A stretch of DNA of 64,000 bases from positions 52,452,001 through 52,516,000 of the forward strand of contig NC_043007.1 of the NCBI RefSeq assembly GCF_006345805.1. The letters are read 5' to 3'. Position 1 is the stretch's first letter. Each line of letters starts with the position of its first letter. A model generated the notes under the pieces. It worked only from the letters and a program-made list of their open reading frames with translations, was not told the origin of the DNA and did not search any database. This stretch comes from Octopus sinensis (taxonomy: Eukaryota). Of this stretch, positions 63,501 to 64,000 are shown in pieces. The translations under genes were made by a program, and so were the position numbers.

Positions 63501-63780
63501 GTGCTTATTTGGATATCTATGAAATTTAATATTTTTCACCACCTTCCAAATATTATCCTCTAAAACTTGTATTTCACTATTATACGGAGGTTCCTTTCTA
63601 GATTTAAATTTTGTATTGATATAATTAGTATTCTCTACTTCATTAATATTAGATATGCTACAATTATTATAGTAGGCTTTCCATTTAATCTAATTAATAA
63701 TTTTTTTTACATTATTAATAAGTTTCAAAATATATTCTTTTCTAGATGGTATATATAATATGGATAATGTCTTTTACTAT
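60550..63780 (-). mobile_element. Near full-length Naiad-like PLE, frameshifted
   Basis: N-terminal IPSRKEYILKLI; RT FIQIDIDNYYSSI, FDIPMGEPDSAQVTELV, GGLYRDD; CTCRDKTKC; YMGLTSNKIKLRV; 43-bp tandem duplication 61498-61583. Confidence 0.85.
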
Positions 63781-63815
63781 TGAATTACTTAATAGAGGTT
63801 ATTTCTCTTAATTAT

Positions 63816-63851
<36 letters not shown>

Positions 63852-64000
63852 GTGTATGCACACACACACACACATATATATATACATATGCACATACATA
63901 TATGTATTCACATACACATACACACACAATACACATACACATACACGCACATGTATATGAACTTGTCTTCTCTCTAAATTTCTTCTCATTTGAGGGTGAG

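Overview
AT-rich, microsatellite-laden eukaryotic DNA with no identifiable host protein-coding exon. The SINE, LINE and microsatellite content most resembles an octopus (coleoid cephalopod) genome; this is an inference from recalled repeat families. The window is almost entirely nested transposon sequence: RTE LINEs (one near full length, 26.1-29.8 kb), two CR1-clade LINE 3' halves, a head-to-tail cluster of three Dong/R4 LINEs separated by (TAA)n, Penelope-like elements (PLEs) of several types including Naiad-like ones, mariner and maT (DD37D) relics, a Merlin transposase relic plus a Merlin-like TIR element, hAT and piggyBac MITEs, two Helitron-type elements, a probable solo LTR and many tRNA-derived SINEs. 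The main hidden signal is RNA structure. About a dozen type I hammerhead-ribozyme (HHR) motifs from several sequence families are present, most with palindromic stem III. The best one sits in an ORF-less 558-bp unit present about 1.5 times (14189-15008), which looks like a retrozyme or pLTR. Several PLE-derived inverted repeats also occur, one enclosing a captured RTE fragment. All alignments and folds were done by eye, and coordinates without a TSD or TIR anchor are approximate.
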